A stretch of 63,042 nt of DNA, filler included, from Hyphochytrium catenoides (taxonomy: Eukaryota > Protista > Hyphochytriomycota), in assembly GCA_900088475.1 (NCBI GenBank). It is 8 parts of 8 records of this genome, joined end to end, with 100 filler letters (N's around TTAATTAATTAA, not from the genome) between each part and the next. Parts side by side here need not be neighbours in the genome. Positions count along the whole stretch, not along the records: positions 24,592 to 46,252 come from FLMG01004578.1; positions 46,353 to 49,925 come from FLMG01003444.1; positions 50,026 to 51,128 come from FLMG01003319.1; 5 more parts are not named here. One strand, written 5' to 3'. Under the pieces are notes generated by a model. That model was not told the DNA's origin and ran no database searches. It saw only the letters and a program-made list of their open reading frames with translations. The translations under genes were made by a program, and so were the position numbers. Positions 38,050-51,228 of this stretch are shown here, piece by piece (within the stretch, counting starts at the first letter, position 1; every line of letters begins with the position of its first letter).

Positions 38050-39063
38050 ATGATGGCCAACAAGTGCTTCGTCTGCGGAACTCCGTATCAGAGTCCACAG
38101 GACAAGTTTTGCTCGAAGTGCGGCAATCCTCACTCCGGAACAGCTCAGCCTGCTGGCCCCACTTTAGACTCACCAATCGTCGCACCTTCCGCGACGGTCG
38201 TTCCTGCAATAGCACCATTACCTCCTCCTGGCTACCCTTCTTCTCCTTCTGTCCCTTCGAATCAGCCTTTAACTGTCTCCGCTTATGGAGGCCCACCTTC
38301 TAATGCCCCACCTATGGGGATACCAGTGGTACCAGGGACGAATTACGGCTATCCTGTAGCCTCTCCGACCTTCGCGGGGGCTCCTGTTCCTGCAAACGTC
38401 TACGCACCAACAGCCACGCCTGTCAATCCTTCAGTACCTCCAGTTGGGGCTTACCTACAACCGCAGCCTTTCCTTGTTGCAAGTGCCCCCACCAACGCGA
38501 CGGACGGACGTGGATTCTCTCTACCAGTCACAGGAAGGTGGAAGGCAGATACGTGCGATTGCTTCCAACACTGCTTACCGAACTGTTTACTGTCGTGCAT
38601 CTGTCCTTGTATCACGTACTCGCAAATCAATGCAAGACTTGGGCTGAAGCCCTACAAGTGGTCACTTCTGCTTGCCTTTGGTCTTTGGTTCGGCAACATC
38701 ATTGGCGGCGCTCTCTCCTCTGTCTCAGATACGGATTGCAGTCTTCAGTATAACTACTACTATGGAAGCTACTTCGAGAGGTGCACCACCACCTACCGAC
38801 ACCCTATTGCATACATTGGGAACGCCCTTGCCTTAACTTGCAGTATCACGTGGCTTATTTTTCTCATCACACAGCGGAAGGCTGTGCGAACGGCCTTGAG
38901 CATACCTGGGGATTCATGCAATGACTGTTGCTGCATGTGCTGTTGCGAGTGCTGCTCCCTTGCCCAGATGGCCACTCAGGTTGGGAGTTATAAACCTGGA
39001 AACTGTGACTTTGGAGCCCCGCCTCGTGTCGAAATGATCCGAAACGTGCCCGGACATGTGTGA
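38050..39063 (+). CDS. PLAC8-family protein with N-terminal zinc ribbon and Pro-rich linker (paralogue 2)
   Basis: Intronless, first ATG at 38050. CFVC...KFCSKCG. WKADTCDCFQHCLPNCLLSCICPCITYSQINARLG...IPGDSCNDCCCMCCCECCSLAQMATQ. Confidence 0.9.
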   Translation: MMANKCFVCGTPYQSPQDKFCSKCGNPHSGTAQPAGPTLDSPIVAPSATVVPAIAPLPPPGYPSSPSVPSNQPLTVSAYGGPPSNAPPMGIPVVPGTNYGYPVASPTFAGAPVPANVYAPTATPVNPSVPPVGAYLQPQPFLVASAPTNATDGRGFSLPVTGRWKADTCDCFQHCLPNCLLSCICPCITYSQINARLGLKPYKWSLLLAFGLWFGNIIGGALSSVSDTDCSLQYNYYYGSYFERCTTTYRHPIAYIGNALALTCSITWLIFLITQRKAVRTALSIPGDSCNDCCCMCCCECCSLAQMATQVGSYKPGNCDFGAPPRVEMIRNVPGHV

Positions 39064-41559
39064 GGTACTGAGTACACTTCTCGCTGGCCTTGATAGTAGA
39101 GATCGTAACCAATATAAATGAACATAGAAACCATAGAGCCATGATAATGTATGCTCCTTGTTACTGTTGAGCTACTAGTGTCAGGCGGTTAAGTGTGAGT
39201 CCGTGGAAAAGATATTTCCTTTTGAATGGAAAGACCCTCTTTTTGAACTTGTTTCAGCCAATAACTTAAGAGAGGAACTGTGGAACAGAGGCGATCGACT
39301 GATGTAAGCACATACTTTAGGACGTTCTCCTAGCAGTGGCTTTTATTGTCACATCTACAAAGGTCGTCTTTGACACGGTGCCTCCTCAAGAGACGACGTC
39401 ATGTGGGAAACGGTGGATATAAGCCCCAAAGCGATTGGTGCGTCCTAAGACCTTCGTCCGAGTAAGTCCTTTCATTCTAGGAAAGCACTTGTTTTTGCTA
39501 AGCTCTTCTTTCGCCCCGTGGAGGTCTGCCTCTGCAGAGCCCATAGCTTCCAAGGAGATAGGACAGGAGGACGGGATAGTGATTCACCAGAGATATGCAG
39601 TATTAAGCGACAACTAGACACACGAGGTGAACGGCGCGAACAGAGAGAGAGGAAAGAGAGAGAGAGAAGGCAGACCAATGAACCAAAGTTCTTTGACTTA
39701 ATTGCCCTATCGATCTATCCTTATCTTTGCCGGCGTGCCTCATTTCCTGAGCGGTAAGTGTGAGGTGTAGCGCCTTGGTGCATCGTACAGCTTTGCGTGA
39801 ATAGTGAAGATAGCGGAGACTCTCCGATGCCACCTTACGTCACATCTCGTGTCTCCTCCATTACTGTACAATCCACAGAGAAAGTCTATCTAACTTCATG
39901 AATGACAAAGCAGGCCCTGATCATCGCAGTTCCCAACGACGGTGAAGAAGAAACGTTTATCCTAGAAGCAAACTTCACAGTTTCAGCAATGGAAGAGAGT
40001 GCAAGCAGCTCAGCACTCCTCTTCTCGTATCACGGCAGTACTATTTCCGTTACTGCAGTTGCCTTGCCCAGAGCGAGAGACTGGGATTCTGCTAGTAGAT
40101 TGGGAGTTGTTGAGGTAGAGGGACAAGAGATAGCAGGATTAACAACCTCTAAGTGACGGCTGATGCTTACGCGCGCTGCGGAGGATGACAAAAGAGTTAC
40201 ATCATCCTTCTTCCGCTGCGATTGACCACCATCTCCCTCCTCCCACCTTCTTGTTGCCCATGATCAGTCGCTTCGCGACCGACTAGAGAACTTTATGAGA
40301 GCTGGCCGGGAGAACAAACCCTAGCAGTATGTCGCCCAGTAGCCATCACACAGAGGCTGAAATTGTTGGTCAACATTGAAAAGATCAACAACCAGGTAGC
40401 ACAAAGCGAGCTTCTTCTGACGTTTGAAGGGGGAAAAGATCAAGGCTGAAGCTGCTGAGCCTACCACGTTAAAGAACCTTAACTAAATATGGTGATGGGT
40501 CTCTTTTGTTGGCTGGCGGGGATGGAAGGCAATACTGCCCCTGTCGATAGCTGCAGATACGTTGCGAGAAGAAGAGCTTTGGAACCTTAAACAATCTCTG
40601 TATGAAGAGAATGAAAGGCTTTAGATTATCTGGTACCACTCTATTCCGGCAAGAAGCACTACGGCCATGTACGGTTCCAAAAGTTTTAGACTGGAAGCAT
40701 GTTTGGTGCCGCCCTCGTTTAATGAAGGGGCCTTCTCTATTCGTTGGCCAGAAGAGACTGATAGAAACCAAAGCAGCTTTTGTCCCTAGCAAGAGATCAT
40801 TCAAGTAGCGATCACCGAGTGAGCATTTCAATATGATGGTCTCAGCGCGAATGCCTCTCTAACCCTAACCCACATCATCTCTCTGCCAAAAATGTGGAGT
40901 GATGCCCTTCCCCAGCAACGTCGTCAGACATGAGTGAGCCGGGTCATGGAATCCTCTTATTATGGACGAGTACTAAGAATTAGCAGGAGAAAGAGGCAGG
41001 GCCAGGAAATGACAAGGATCATGACATCATGACTCAAGGAATACCGAATAGTGCTGGTAGTAGTACCGGCTGCGCTGGGTAAGGTAGTCGCGATCCGAGT
41101 GCCCGCCCTGCTTCGTAGCTATTAACTAGTTAAAATAAGAGAACATGAACCGGATGAAGTTGAACGCTGACAGCCCCCTATGGACCCATCGGGCAACAGG
41201 AAGCACTAATAACACTCACCTTATTATAAACGTTGACTAGCGCTACTACTAGTCATTGAACGATGGTGAGACAGGCGGCAATCCTTTCGTTATTAGCCTC
41301 GTAGTCCAGCCCCTGACCCTTCTCCTGAACAACAGAAGATCCGACGGGTTAATAACCTAGAATAGTTGAAGTTGTCTAGTACTAGTGCTCCGCTTTCCAG
41401 AATGCCTTATCAATAATGGAACCCAGCTTCTTCTAAAGATAGCGTGTATCAAAATGAGAAGGCCGCTATTCTTCTTTTCTTCTCTATCCCGGCCACAACG
41501 AGGCACAGTCTGAAGCTGCGTTCTAGTAGAACTAGTGGTGCTGGACAGCAGTCCACCGA

Positions 41560-42230
41560 CTAGCACCATAGAAACGGTCCACTACTATCTCCCTAGTACA
41601 ACCTGTTTGTGAGCAAAGATGTCCCGTCGACCCTGTCTCTCAGCATGATGGAACTTATGCTCTCCCAGAAATGAAGGAGAAAAAATTCAGCGAGGACTTT
41701 CAGGTTCTACTCGTTCTTCTTTATTAGGTTCATCGACTCCATGATCTCTGAGCAGTCAGTGCGACAGGCGGGGTAGCGTCAGTCAACGGACACAATAGAA
41801 AAAAACTGTTTAAACACGGCTTCACGTTATGACAACGGGAAGGTAGGGAGGAAGGAGAGTTTTAGAGCGCCCATAGAGCTACGTCACTCTCTTCGTCGTT
41901 TCCTCCTCATCAACGCCCAACCCGGAGCTCAGAGGAACACATTATGTGAGCGGTTGCCTGCTAGGACAGTTCCCACCATCTCTATAGACAAGAAACCCCC
42001 TCACGCTCTAATTTTAGAGAAAGAGTTCTACTATCTCGTACAAGCAGTAAGTACATCAAGGCAACAGCTATGCTGCTGGCCCTTCTCTCTCGCTGGAACT
42101 TATGCTTTCCCAAAAATGGAGGAGGAAAAGTACAGCGTGGGGTCTCAACTTCTTATTACTTTTTTCTCCAGGTTTATGGAGGCCATGGCACCTGACTACT
42201 AGTCTCCGCGCGACAGGCGGATAGTAGCAG
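41560..42230 (+). repeat. Diverged direct duplication of a coding-like relic (offset ~445 nt)
   Basis: TGGAACTTATGCT.TCCCA.AAATG at ~41649 and ~42094; GCGACAGGCGG at ~41761 and ~42210; peptides GTYALPEMKEKKFS vs GTYAFPKMEEEKYS. Confidence 0.65.
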
Positions 42231-45200
42231 CAGGATAGCAGCAGCAGCCAACAGGTTGGTGTGCCGTCCAATCAAAAAAATGCCTGGAATAAAGTGCTCA
42301 CCGAGTGTGAGACAGGGAGGTCCGCAAAGACTAAGCCCCATATTACTTCTTAGCCTAATTTCAAGGCTCCTGAATCATACGTGGCGTGCCACCCTTGCCG
42401 TCAGCTCCATAGTAGAAGCCTTTCTGCCCGCAGAGTTCTAGGGGCGCGTTCTTTTGAAGAGCTAGGTGGTTGGCCCTGCTTGGTGCGCTGGAACGTCAGT
42501 TTCCTTACGTAACAACAAGTACATCCCATTCTCAAGAAGAGTAATGATAGAACGAGAGACGACGTGAAGCGAGAAAATATGTAAGCTGTGGCGGCAGCAG
42601 CCTGTCGTCGTACCGCCGCCGGAGCTTGTACACCGTAAAAGTACCTGCTGCCACAAGCTTTTTATTAAGATTTACTGTATACATGAGTCATCGTGTCTTC
42701 TCATCACAACCACCTGTCGCGCTTTTCTTTATTATTAGTGATTTGGCTCTCCGGTCATACATACTAATAAAATATTCTAGTCAGAGTCCCTATCAAGAAC
42801 TGGTAGGAGGACGGCGGTTTAATCTAAGATCTACCGGTGATAGTGATGATGGAGAAGAAGAAGGAATCTACTACTACGGAGTAGAAGATATCATAACAGC
42901 CGCAGCGGACGAAAGAGAAAAAGTCCTCCTCCTCTTGTTCTACCTTTCTCCTCGCTCTCTAGCCAGTAGTGGTAGAGAAGAGTAACATATTTCAACATCA
43001 TCATTTAGCAGTGAAAGAATGTTTAATATAAAAAAAAAAAGCAATCGGTAGTAGGACGGGCAGCGGTGTATGGTCCGCAGCAGGTAGGAAACCATTAGCA
43101 GCTGCTGCCAATATGTCGGCGCAAACCCACAGTCATTCATCCATCACTAGAGTAAGTCACTGTCGCGAGAAGAAGCATCAACGATCGGCGGACGGAGTGT
43201 AATATTTAAGCAGGAGGAGGAGCAGTAGTACCATAATAAAGAAAGACCAGACGTCATCATCTCGTCGGAGGAAGATATTAACAGCAGGTGAAGAACTGAG
43301 CACTTCTTCTCCTAACGTCACCATGATGATCGGAAGGTCAAACATCTTGACGACGACCGTTCGGAACTGCAGCTGCGAATGAAGTAGCCACCTTCCATGT
43401 TTTTCTACTACCAACACGTCGTCGTAGAATCGAAGGAAGAAGACACAAAGGTTCTGCCGCTGCTGCTGTTACCATCATCGACCTCAGCCATTAGTAGGAG
43501 GGATCAATAATAATGGTGGTGCGCTTTACCACTTTTTTCTAGCTACTGCTGCTAGCTACTACCTAGTTTACACCTCTCTTTAAGCTTGGTAAGCATAATC
43601 ATCATCAAAAAAATCGATCTATTGTTATCTGCCATAAGTCGTAGCAGCAAGTGGTATTGTGGAGGGGCAACAACAAGAAGAGGATTGGCCAGGCAAGTTG
43701 ATGCTGTTGATTCCACTACAATGAGGAGGTGATGAATGCTGATGAGAGCCATGCAGGGCTAGTAGTAGCCACTATCTAACCAGCTTGAAAAAGCAACGAG
43801 CTTTTCCCTTAATCTTGACTCTTATTTATTTACTTACACTCGAGTATACGTATAAGAAGAAAGCTGAGGGATTAGTGGTCAGGATGATCATCCTCGACGA
43901 TGCTGGTGGGTTGCTGATGATCGTGGTGATGATGAGCAAGATGAGAGAAGAAGAAGAAGAAGAGGTTGAACTACGGAGATCATTCAATCATTGTGGTCGA
44001 GCATTCGCGATGGAGGAGGAGGGTGGAGCGCCGCGCCGCATGCACGCGCGATTATGATTATTGAGCCTTTTCAACTGACTCGTCCGGGACTAATCGCCAA
44101 CTACCTAGAAGAACACTAGACTAGCAACTAACTGCCAGTTATGCGCCAAACATCCCCTTTCTTCATCTCATCAAACAAAGCATGACACGACGAGCAGCGA
44201 GGTGGTGGAGGTGGTGGCGAGCAAGAGTCAGAAGAGTCTTTCTGTCGTGACCACCAGCTGAAGAAGGAAGAGGTGGAACATTGAGAGGTGGGGAATCCAT
44301 GGAGGCACTGATGAAGGGTGGTAGTGGTCGTCCTTCTTCCTTGCTACTGCTGGTGATGTTGATGATCGGGTGGTGAGCGCCAGACGTGACATAGCCAAAA
44401 GATGGGGAAGACGTCGTGGTGATGGCTCCACCAAAGCTGAGAAAGAACGAAGAACACAAGCAAGAGTGATAACGTCATCGCTTCGACTGGNNNNNNNNNN
44501 NNNNNNNNNNNNNNNNNNNNNNNNNNNNNNNNNNNNNNNNNNNNNNNNNNNNNNNNNNNNNNNNNNNNNNNNNNNNNNCACCCTGCCTATAAGATCATCT
44601 CGAGAGTAAGGAAGGTGGGTGGGTGGATCCTGTACAGGCGAACACAGGGGACACTTGTCCCTACCCGCCTTTGCGTCTTTGGTCCTTATTCAAAATATTA
44701 TACTCCTTGCAAGCTGCATCTTAACCGGTCCTTATTTTACTAGAGTACGAAGAAGACGTATTTTTGAAACCCTGTTCCGATTCGGAATCTAACTGAACAT
44801 AGGTGTGGCATTATGAAGGCTCATCAGTTCCCACATGTAGCCAGCTGAAACTTATTATTGGAGGGAGGGAATGTTCAGCAATCACACCCAAACTTACTAG
44901 TGTATTGTTCATGCAAAGAATATTCACAAGCGTGAAGTTTATTACTGTACAAAGAAAGGGCAGGACTGACGAGTGGGTGGGCGCTTGTTCGTCATCTGCT
45001 GACATAGGGGATGGAAAATTGCTCAGTACGCCATCGAGACAGAGCGTCGGCATAAGTGCAACACTGCTGAACGGCTCACAGGCTCAATAGATAGATTGTC
45101 AATCACGAGTCACGAGGCCCTCACAAAGACAAAGTGATAAACATAGGAAATCTTGGGTTTAGGTTGTCCGTCGTTGTACTGGTTAATATAAACCAAGGAC

Positions 45201-46252
45201 AGTTTGGGATGGGGGATGGTGAAGTGGTGTACACCCTCTCCGGGAACTGTAGCTCCACACTACTCGTCTCCCCTAGATTTATAATTGACAAGGTCTGGGT
45301 CAGCAGCTCCCCTCAACACCTTCTAAATCCCTTCATAACAAAGACAGGAGGTGGTGGCGGCGGTGGGTAGGCTACCAGAATCTCACTGACACAACACTGA
45401 CACAATGTAAGGGATGGATGGGATTCGACGGCCTTCAAAGCCATCACATTGCCTATTGCTCACGGTGGCGTATACGTATTACTACTATTTTTGAAACGAC
45501 AAACGAATACCTTACCCTTTAAGGCAAATGGTATTACTACAGCAGGTGCAGAGGGCGCGGAACATGGTCGGTTGTCCCACCGGTTCTCTTGCCCGTAGGT
45601 GGGGAGCATGATGGCGAGGAGAGTGAGAAAATAATAATCCAAGGCCTAAGGTTCATAATGTTCCGCTGACACCACTTTCTCTGATCCTTCGCCTCTGAAG
45701 CGCGCCTGTCGCAGTCCTTAGTTGACGCATTACTTCTCGCCAGTTCTCCGTCTAAGTCCTACCATCATCCTTGCCTTTCCCTGTTCCCTCTGCCAACCTA
45801 ATAATCCAACACAATCCTTCGCCCGCCTGGCTTATTACCTGTGAATCGTAGTTCTACATTTGCTTGCTTGCCCAAGTGTTCTGTTGTACCGTATGAGCCT
45901 GACTTCCCTCTTTGTCAATAAGAAGAAGAGGAGAAAAAGGGTGGTGGCGATCAATAAATGTGATGGAAGAGTCAGCAGTGGAAAGGAGCGGGCTAGACCA
46001 AGGAGCTGATGCTTCCTGACCTGGCTCAGTGAGGCTGTGTGAAAGACCTTGAGCGGTAAATGGGCTTGCAAGAATCAAAGGAAAGGCAACGGACAACTTT
46101 GTTTGGGGGTGGGAATCCCCTTTTTATCAAGAGCTGGGATATCAGTTGGACAGGGAAAGGGCGGAAGGGAAAAAGTAGTCGGAATGGCAAGAGCAGCAAC
46201 GGAGTGCGCTTCTTTTTGCCGTTTTTTTCCTCCCTGTTCTCCCTTCTTTCAC

Positions 46253-46352
46253 NNNNNNNNNNNNNNNNNNNNNNNNNNNNNNNNNNNNNNNNNNNNTTAA
46301 TTAATTAANNNNNNNNNNNNNNNNNNNNNNNNNNNNNNNNNNNNNNNNNNNN
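46253..46352. other. Artificial contig spacer
   Basis: N-run plus TTAATTAATTAA plus N-run. Confidence 0.95.
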
Positions 46353-46389
46353 TCTCTTTCTCTTCTTTTCTCTCTTTCCTTCTTCTGCT

Positions 46390-46807
46390 GAGAATAGTGC
46401 CAGCGGCTGGTCCTCTGGCAGTGGCGGGCCTGGAGCCCTCACACAATGAACCACTTCAGGTGTCGACTGCAGGAGAAAGAGAGAGCTTAGCTTTTCAAGT
46501 TCTTGGTGTCTTTCTCTCTCTCGAAACTCCTTCTTCCCTCTGTGTCTCTCTCTTTTTCGGGCCGACTTGCGCATCTCTCTTCTCGCTGTCCGCATCTCTT
46601 CTCTCGTCTCCCGCCCTATACGATTCCTTGTTTACTCTTTTTATTTCTCTCTCTCCTCTCTTCCTCTATTTTCTTCTTTTCTCTCTCTCTCTCTCCTCTG
46701 TCCTGACCGAAAGACTTACTCTGAGGGTAGTTGCCATCCAGATTCCCTTGGAAAAGGTCTCTGATAGGTCAAACAAATAGTTTACCTTGTTCTGTCACAC
46801 CAGAGAA

Positions 46808-46847
<40 letters not shown>

Positions 46848-47311
46848 GGAGACATAGAGAGAGAGGGAGAGAGACAGAGAGAGCGAGCGAGAAGGAAACA
46901 AAATAGACAGAATGTTAAGATAAAGAGAGAGAGAGAAAGAGAAAGAGGAAAAGAAAGAGAGAACTCAAAAGATTTTAATAAAAAAAGGTAAAGACTCAAA
47001 TATAGGTGCGCGAGGACAGCTGCAGAACCACAAAAGAGAGAGAGAGAAAGAGAGGAAAAGAGAGGGAGAAAGTGGGGAAAAAGAGAGAGAGAGAGAGAGC
47101 ACGTAAAAAAGGAGATAAAAGAGAGAGAGAAGGAGAAGAGATGTGGATCGCCAGCCGGGAGACAGACCAGAGGAGGGAGGCAACCTGATAGTGTTCTCCC
47201 ATGAGCTGCAGGGGAGACGCGGGTCTGAGGAAGCCTGGAGCCGTGGAAGAATGCTGGAGAGAGCGCTCGCGGAAAGAGAAGAGAGAGAAAGACTCGGGAA
47301 GATNNNNNNNN

Positions 47312-47348
<37 letters not shown>

Positions 47349-47660
47349 AAGAGAGAGAGTAAGAGAGAGAAAAGAGAACGAGAGAAGATAGCCAACCGTG
47401 GCTGTGGAAAAATCAAAGAAGAGAAAGAGAGAAGTCATCAACGCCAGGAAACACAGTTAGATATAGAGAAAGGTACAGGTAGAGAGAAAGATAGTGAACA
47501 ACAGAGAGAGAGAGAGAGACTTCATCTTCTCCTTCTCACCTCTGTGGTTCCCCTTGGGCGGGCAGACGGCCTGGAAGTGCATGTGTCTCAGCATCTCAAT
47601 GACGGGGTCAGAGGCGTGCTCCAGGAGCATCATAAAGTCATCGTTACCATCTCCCGCAGA
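46390..47660 (-). CDS. Exon fragments of a hypothetical gene
   Basis: Short non-repetitive islands bounded by AG/GT inside microsatellite introns, e.g. DDFMMLLEHASDPVIEMLRHMHFQAVCPPKGNHR|GTGAG. Family not recognised. Confidence 0.35.
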
Positions 47661-48276
47661 GGGAGAGAGAAAGGAAGAGAGAGACAGAGAGAGAAGAAGG
47701 AAAGAGAAGAGACAGCATTTCGAGGAAGCTTTCTTCCGTCTGGCAAGCGAGAGCTGAGGAGAGAGTCTAGGGGACAACATCGTCCAGATAACAAGAGAAA
47801 GAGAGAGAGACTATCGCCAAGAAATCTTGCTATCACTCAGGGGAAGAAGAGGATAAGCCTGGGCAGGCGCATCCTTATCTTCCAGATTTCTCTCCTGTCA
47901 AGACTTCGTTTTCCTGCTTTTGTTTCTGCTTATACTCAGGCCTTCCTGTCTTTCACTCTGTCTCTCCTGTCTCTCTGTCCCTGTCTCTATCTCTCTTAGC
48001 AGGAGGGGAGACTTTCCTTTTGTTATTGCGATGAGAAAGAGAAAAGAGCAAGGTAACTGAGCCCTCTTCTTCAGTCTCCCCGTCTCTCTCTGAAGGCCTC
48101 TTCAACACGAACTCCTGGATCTTCTTCCTACTCTCCTCCTCTTCTCTCTTCCCTCGCTCGCTCTCTTTCTCCACCTCTCTTTCTCTTTCTCTGTCTCTGT
48201 CTCTCTCTCTCTCTTTTTCNNNNNNNNNNNNNNNNNNNNNNNNNNNNNNNNNNNNNNNNNNNNNNNNNNNNNNNNN

Positions 48277-48319
<43 letters not shown>

Positions 48320-48719
48320 TTCTCTCTTTCTCTCTTTCTTGGTCTCTCTCTCTCTGTCGGTTCAGCCCACGACCAGCTGCTGACTTTCTCTCTTCAGTGT
48401 ACCGCTAACGGTAATCTAACAACAACAGCAAACATCCCCTCACCACCGCAATCGGCTCACAAATTGTCGTCATAATGTCAAGTCCTATGATGTGTTGAAT
48501 ATCAAACAATATGATTTATTGTTTGCAAGACAAGCCAGCTAATCAAAGTATAGTCCTAGCCGTGACTGTCCTGAGAAAGACGTTATATTCCAAAATGCCC
48601 TCCTCCCTCTCTCTCACTTCGGGTCCTACACCACTACCGTTTCGTCTCTCTCCTTACCCTCTCTGTCTGTTTTTTCTCTCCGATTCCTCTTTGTCCCTCT
48701 GTCTCCTTCTCTGTCCCTT

Positions 48720-48753
<34 letters not shown>

Positions 48754-49777
48754 GCTCTCTTCGTCAGACTCTCTCTCTCCTATCTTTGCCCCCGTTATAG
48801 CCCTCCGCAACCGCGGGGGAAGGTGAGAGAGAGAGAATATCAGAGAAAGAGATGATGATGACAATAGCAGACAGCAATCACTCTATCCTATTACGTAGTA
48901 ATAGCTGCTTATCATTCTTCTTCCCCTTCTCTCCAGGAACGCGGGGGACTCTCCCCACCTCCTCCTCAAAGGAAAGCAGAGAAGAAGAGACTACCATGAT
49001 AACAGACAGTGAAGGAGTATGTAGGAAATATCAGTAACTAAAAAGAGCAAATTTACTCTTTGACTAATGAGAGAGAGAGAGAAAAGAGAGAGAGAGAGAC
49101 CGCAGCCAAGGTAGGGAGAGAGAGTGCAAAGCAACAAAGAACAAGAAAGAGCAAAGGAGTAACAAAATTTGACAGAAGTGATGGAGAAGATAAGTAAGAT
49201 GGTTCGTGATAAGCTAGGGGAGGGAGGAGAGACCGACTCTGGTCTTCGGAGTTCAAGGTTACTAGGAGTAGTCACAGCTCAATTGCAAGCTTATAGGCGC
49301 GAGAAAGAAAGGAAAGCAGGAAAGCTTTGATTGCAAGCTTATAGCCGCGATGAAGAGCAGGAAAGTATGCTTTAGATGGAGAGAAGAATATTAAGGCGCC
49401 CGGCGAAGGAGATAGAAAGAGAGGGAGAGAGAGAGAGAGAGAGTAGGACTTTTTTTGCTCCGCCTTCTCCATCATCGCGGGTTGACTAGGCAGCAGCGGC
49501 CTTAGACTAGAAATGATACATTGTTAATCTCTTAGTAGAAACTTTATAAAAAACGAGAGGATATTCCCTGACAGCAGGCAGATCTTCGGACATAAAACAA
49601 AGAAAGAGAAAGAAGAAGCACTATGGAGGTGGTCTCCGTCCTTCTTCTTACGTCTCAGCAGGGGTAGGAGGACTATTGCTGAAGCGGAGGGGAGAAGAAA
49701 CATCCATTACGAAGAGAGAGAGAGAGGAGACCTTGGCAAATGCACCGCCTGTTCTCTCCCTTCTCTTCTCTCTCCCC

Positions 49778-49925
49778 CTATCTCGTCCACCTAATAAACC
49801 TTAGCGCCACCAGTGCCATGGCGACATACGCGAGAAGAATCATCCCTACGGCGAGGACATTGGTCATTCTGTCTCCATAGTTCATTGAGCCTTCAAAGAA
49901 AGACTCGACAAACGCCTCCACGGTC
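49778..49925 (-). CDS. C-terminal fragment of an ABCG/PDR-type ABC transporter
   Basis: TVEAFVESFFEGSMNYGDRMTNVLAVGMILLAYVAMALVALRFIRWTR-stop resembles the last TM helix and A L..LR.I...R terminus of ABCG transporters. Confidence 0.65.
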
Positions 49926-50025
49926 NNNNNNNNNNNNNNNNNNNNNNNNNNNNNNNNNNNNNNNNNNNNTTAATTAATTAANNNNNNNNNNNNNNNNNNN
50001 NNNNNNNNNNNNNNNNNNNNNNNNN
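49926..50025. other. Artificial contig spacer
   Basis: N-run plus TTAATTAATTAA plus N-run. Confidence 0.95.
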
Positions 50026-51128
50026 CGGGTAGTGTTCTTCACCCCTCAAGCATTTCGATACTTTGGACAGGACTGGCTCAGAAGTGCAAGCTTCATTTGA
50101 AGCAATGCTCAGTCATAAGGCGAGTTGAAGAGCTTTCTTCTTCATAGTACGCCCTTATTAGTAGAACTTAGAAGGTCAAGGAAGGGAGAAAATATGACAA
50201 GAGAGGAGAAAGAACAAAGATGGACAACGTGGAGGGACTTGCACTTGCATTTCCTTATCCTGTCGGTCGTTTTCCTGACAGGTCAACACATCTTTCCATC
50301 CTTCTGGGTAGGAACTACTAGAAAGCTCTGCTTTGTTTCCTCTTTCAGACCAGGAAGATCTTGCTGTTCCAGCGGCGTCGCTACAAGCCTCAAGGCGGTT
50401 CGGCACTTTTGGCTCGGTTGTTGATCTTACGTGGCGCCAACCTGCCAAACAAGGGAAGAGAGACAGAGTGGCCAGAGGAGAACCTTTACAAAGAGACTGG
50501 AATGAGGAGAGAGAGAGAGAGGAAAGATCGGACTGTAAGGATGTATTATCCATTTTCTGGTCAGGTGCTCCAGGAGAAGAAGAACTGAAGAGGCTGCTCG
50601 GCTGCGTCATCTCTTTGCTTCGCTTGGAGGACAAGGTCATTTTCCTGCCTCCATTTCTCTTCTCTCTCTAGGCTCTAGGGCAACTCTCTCCACCAATCAG
50701 CATGCGATCGATGAAGGTGAAGGGTGCATGGAGAATAGGATCGGACACTAGATGCTGACGGGTTAAGGGCTAGAGGCTGGTGGCGTGGTTAAGGATTAGG
50801 GTGTGTCGCGTCCTTTGGTGAGGATCGAAGCCCTTGAGCGGATGGATTGCTTCATGTCATGGAGAGAAGAAGAGAGAGAGAGAGAGAGAGAGACAGTGTG
50901 AGAGAAAGAAAGAAAGAGAGAGAAGAGAGATCTTTACAAGAGGTAACATAAGGCATTTGTAGAGCCTTTGGGACTCGTGAAAGGACTTCGTTTTGCTCGA
51001 GTTGCGGTGGTGATGCTGGTGGCAGCCAAGGTCTGAGCCACCAATGAGAGCACAGTCCTCCCTCTCCCGCCGTTCTTTGGCTTTCACGCTTTCACAGTCC
51101 TCTTTTGTCCTCTCTCATGTTTCTCTCT

Positions 51129-51228
51129 NNNNNNNNNNNNNNNNNNNNNNNNNNNNNNNNNNNNNNNNNNNNTTAATTAATTAANNNNNNNNNNNNNNNN
51201 NNNNNNNNNNNNNNNNNNNNNNNNNNNN
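51129..51228. other. Artificial contig spacer
   Basis: N-run plus TTAATTAATTAA plus N-run. Confidence 0.95.

Noticed and set aside
40858-40872. Telomere-like CTAACCCTAACCC
   Set aside because: Only two units, internal to a contig; compatible with chance.
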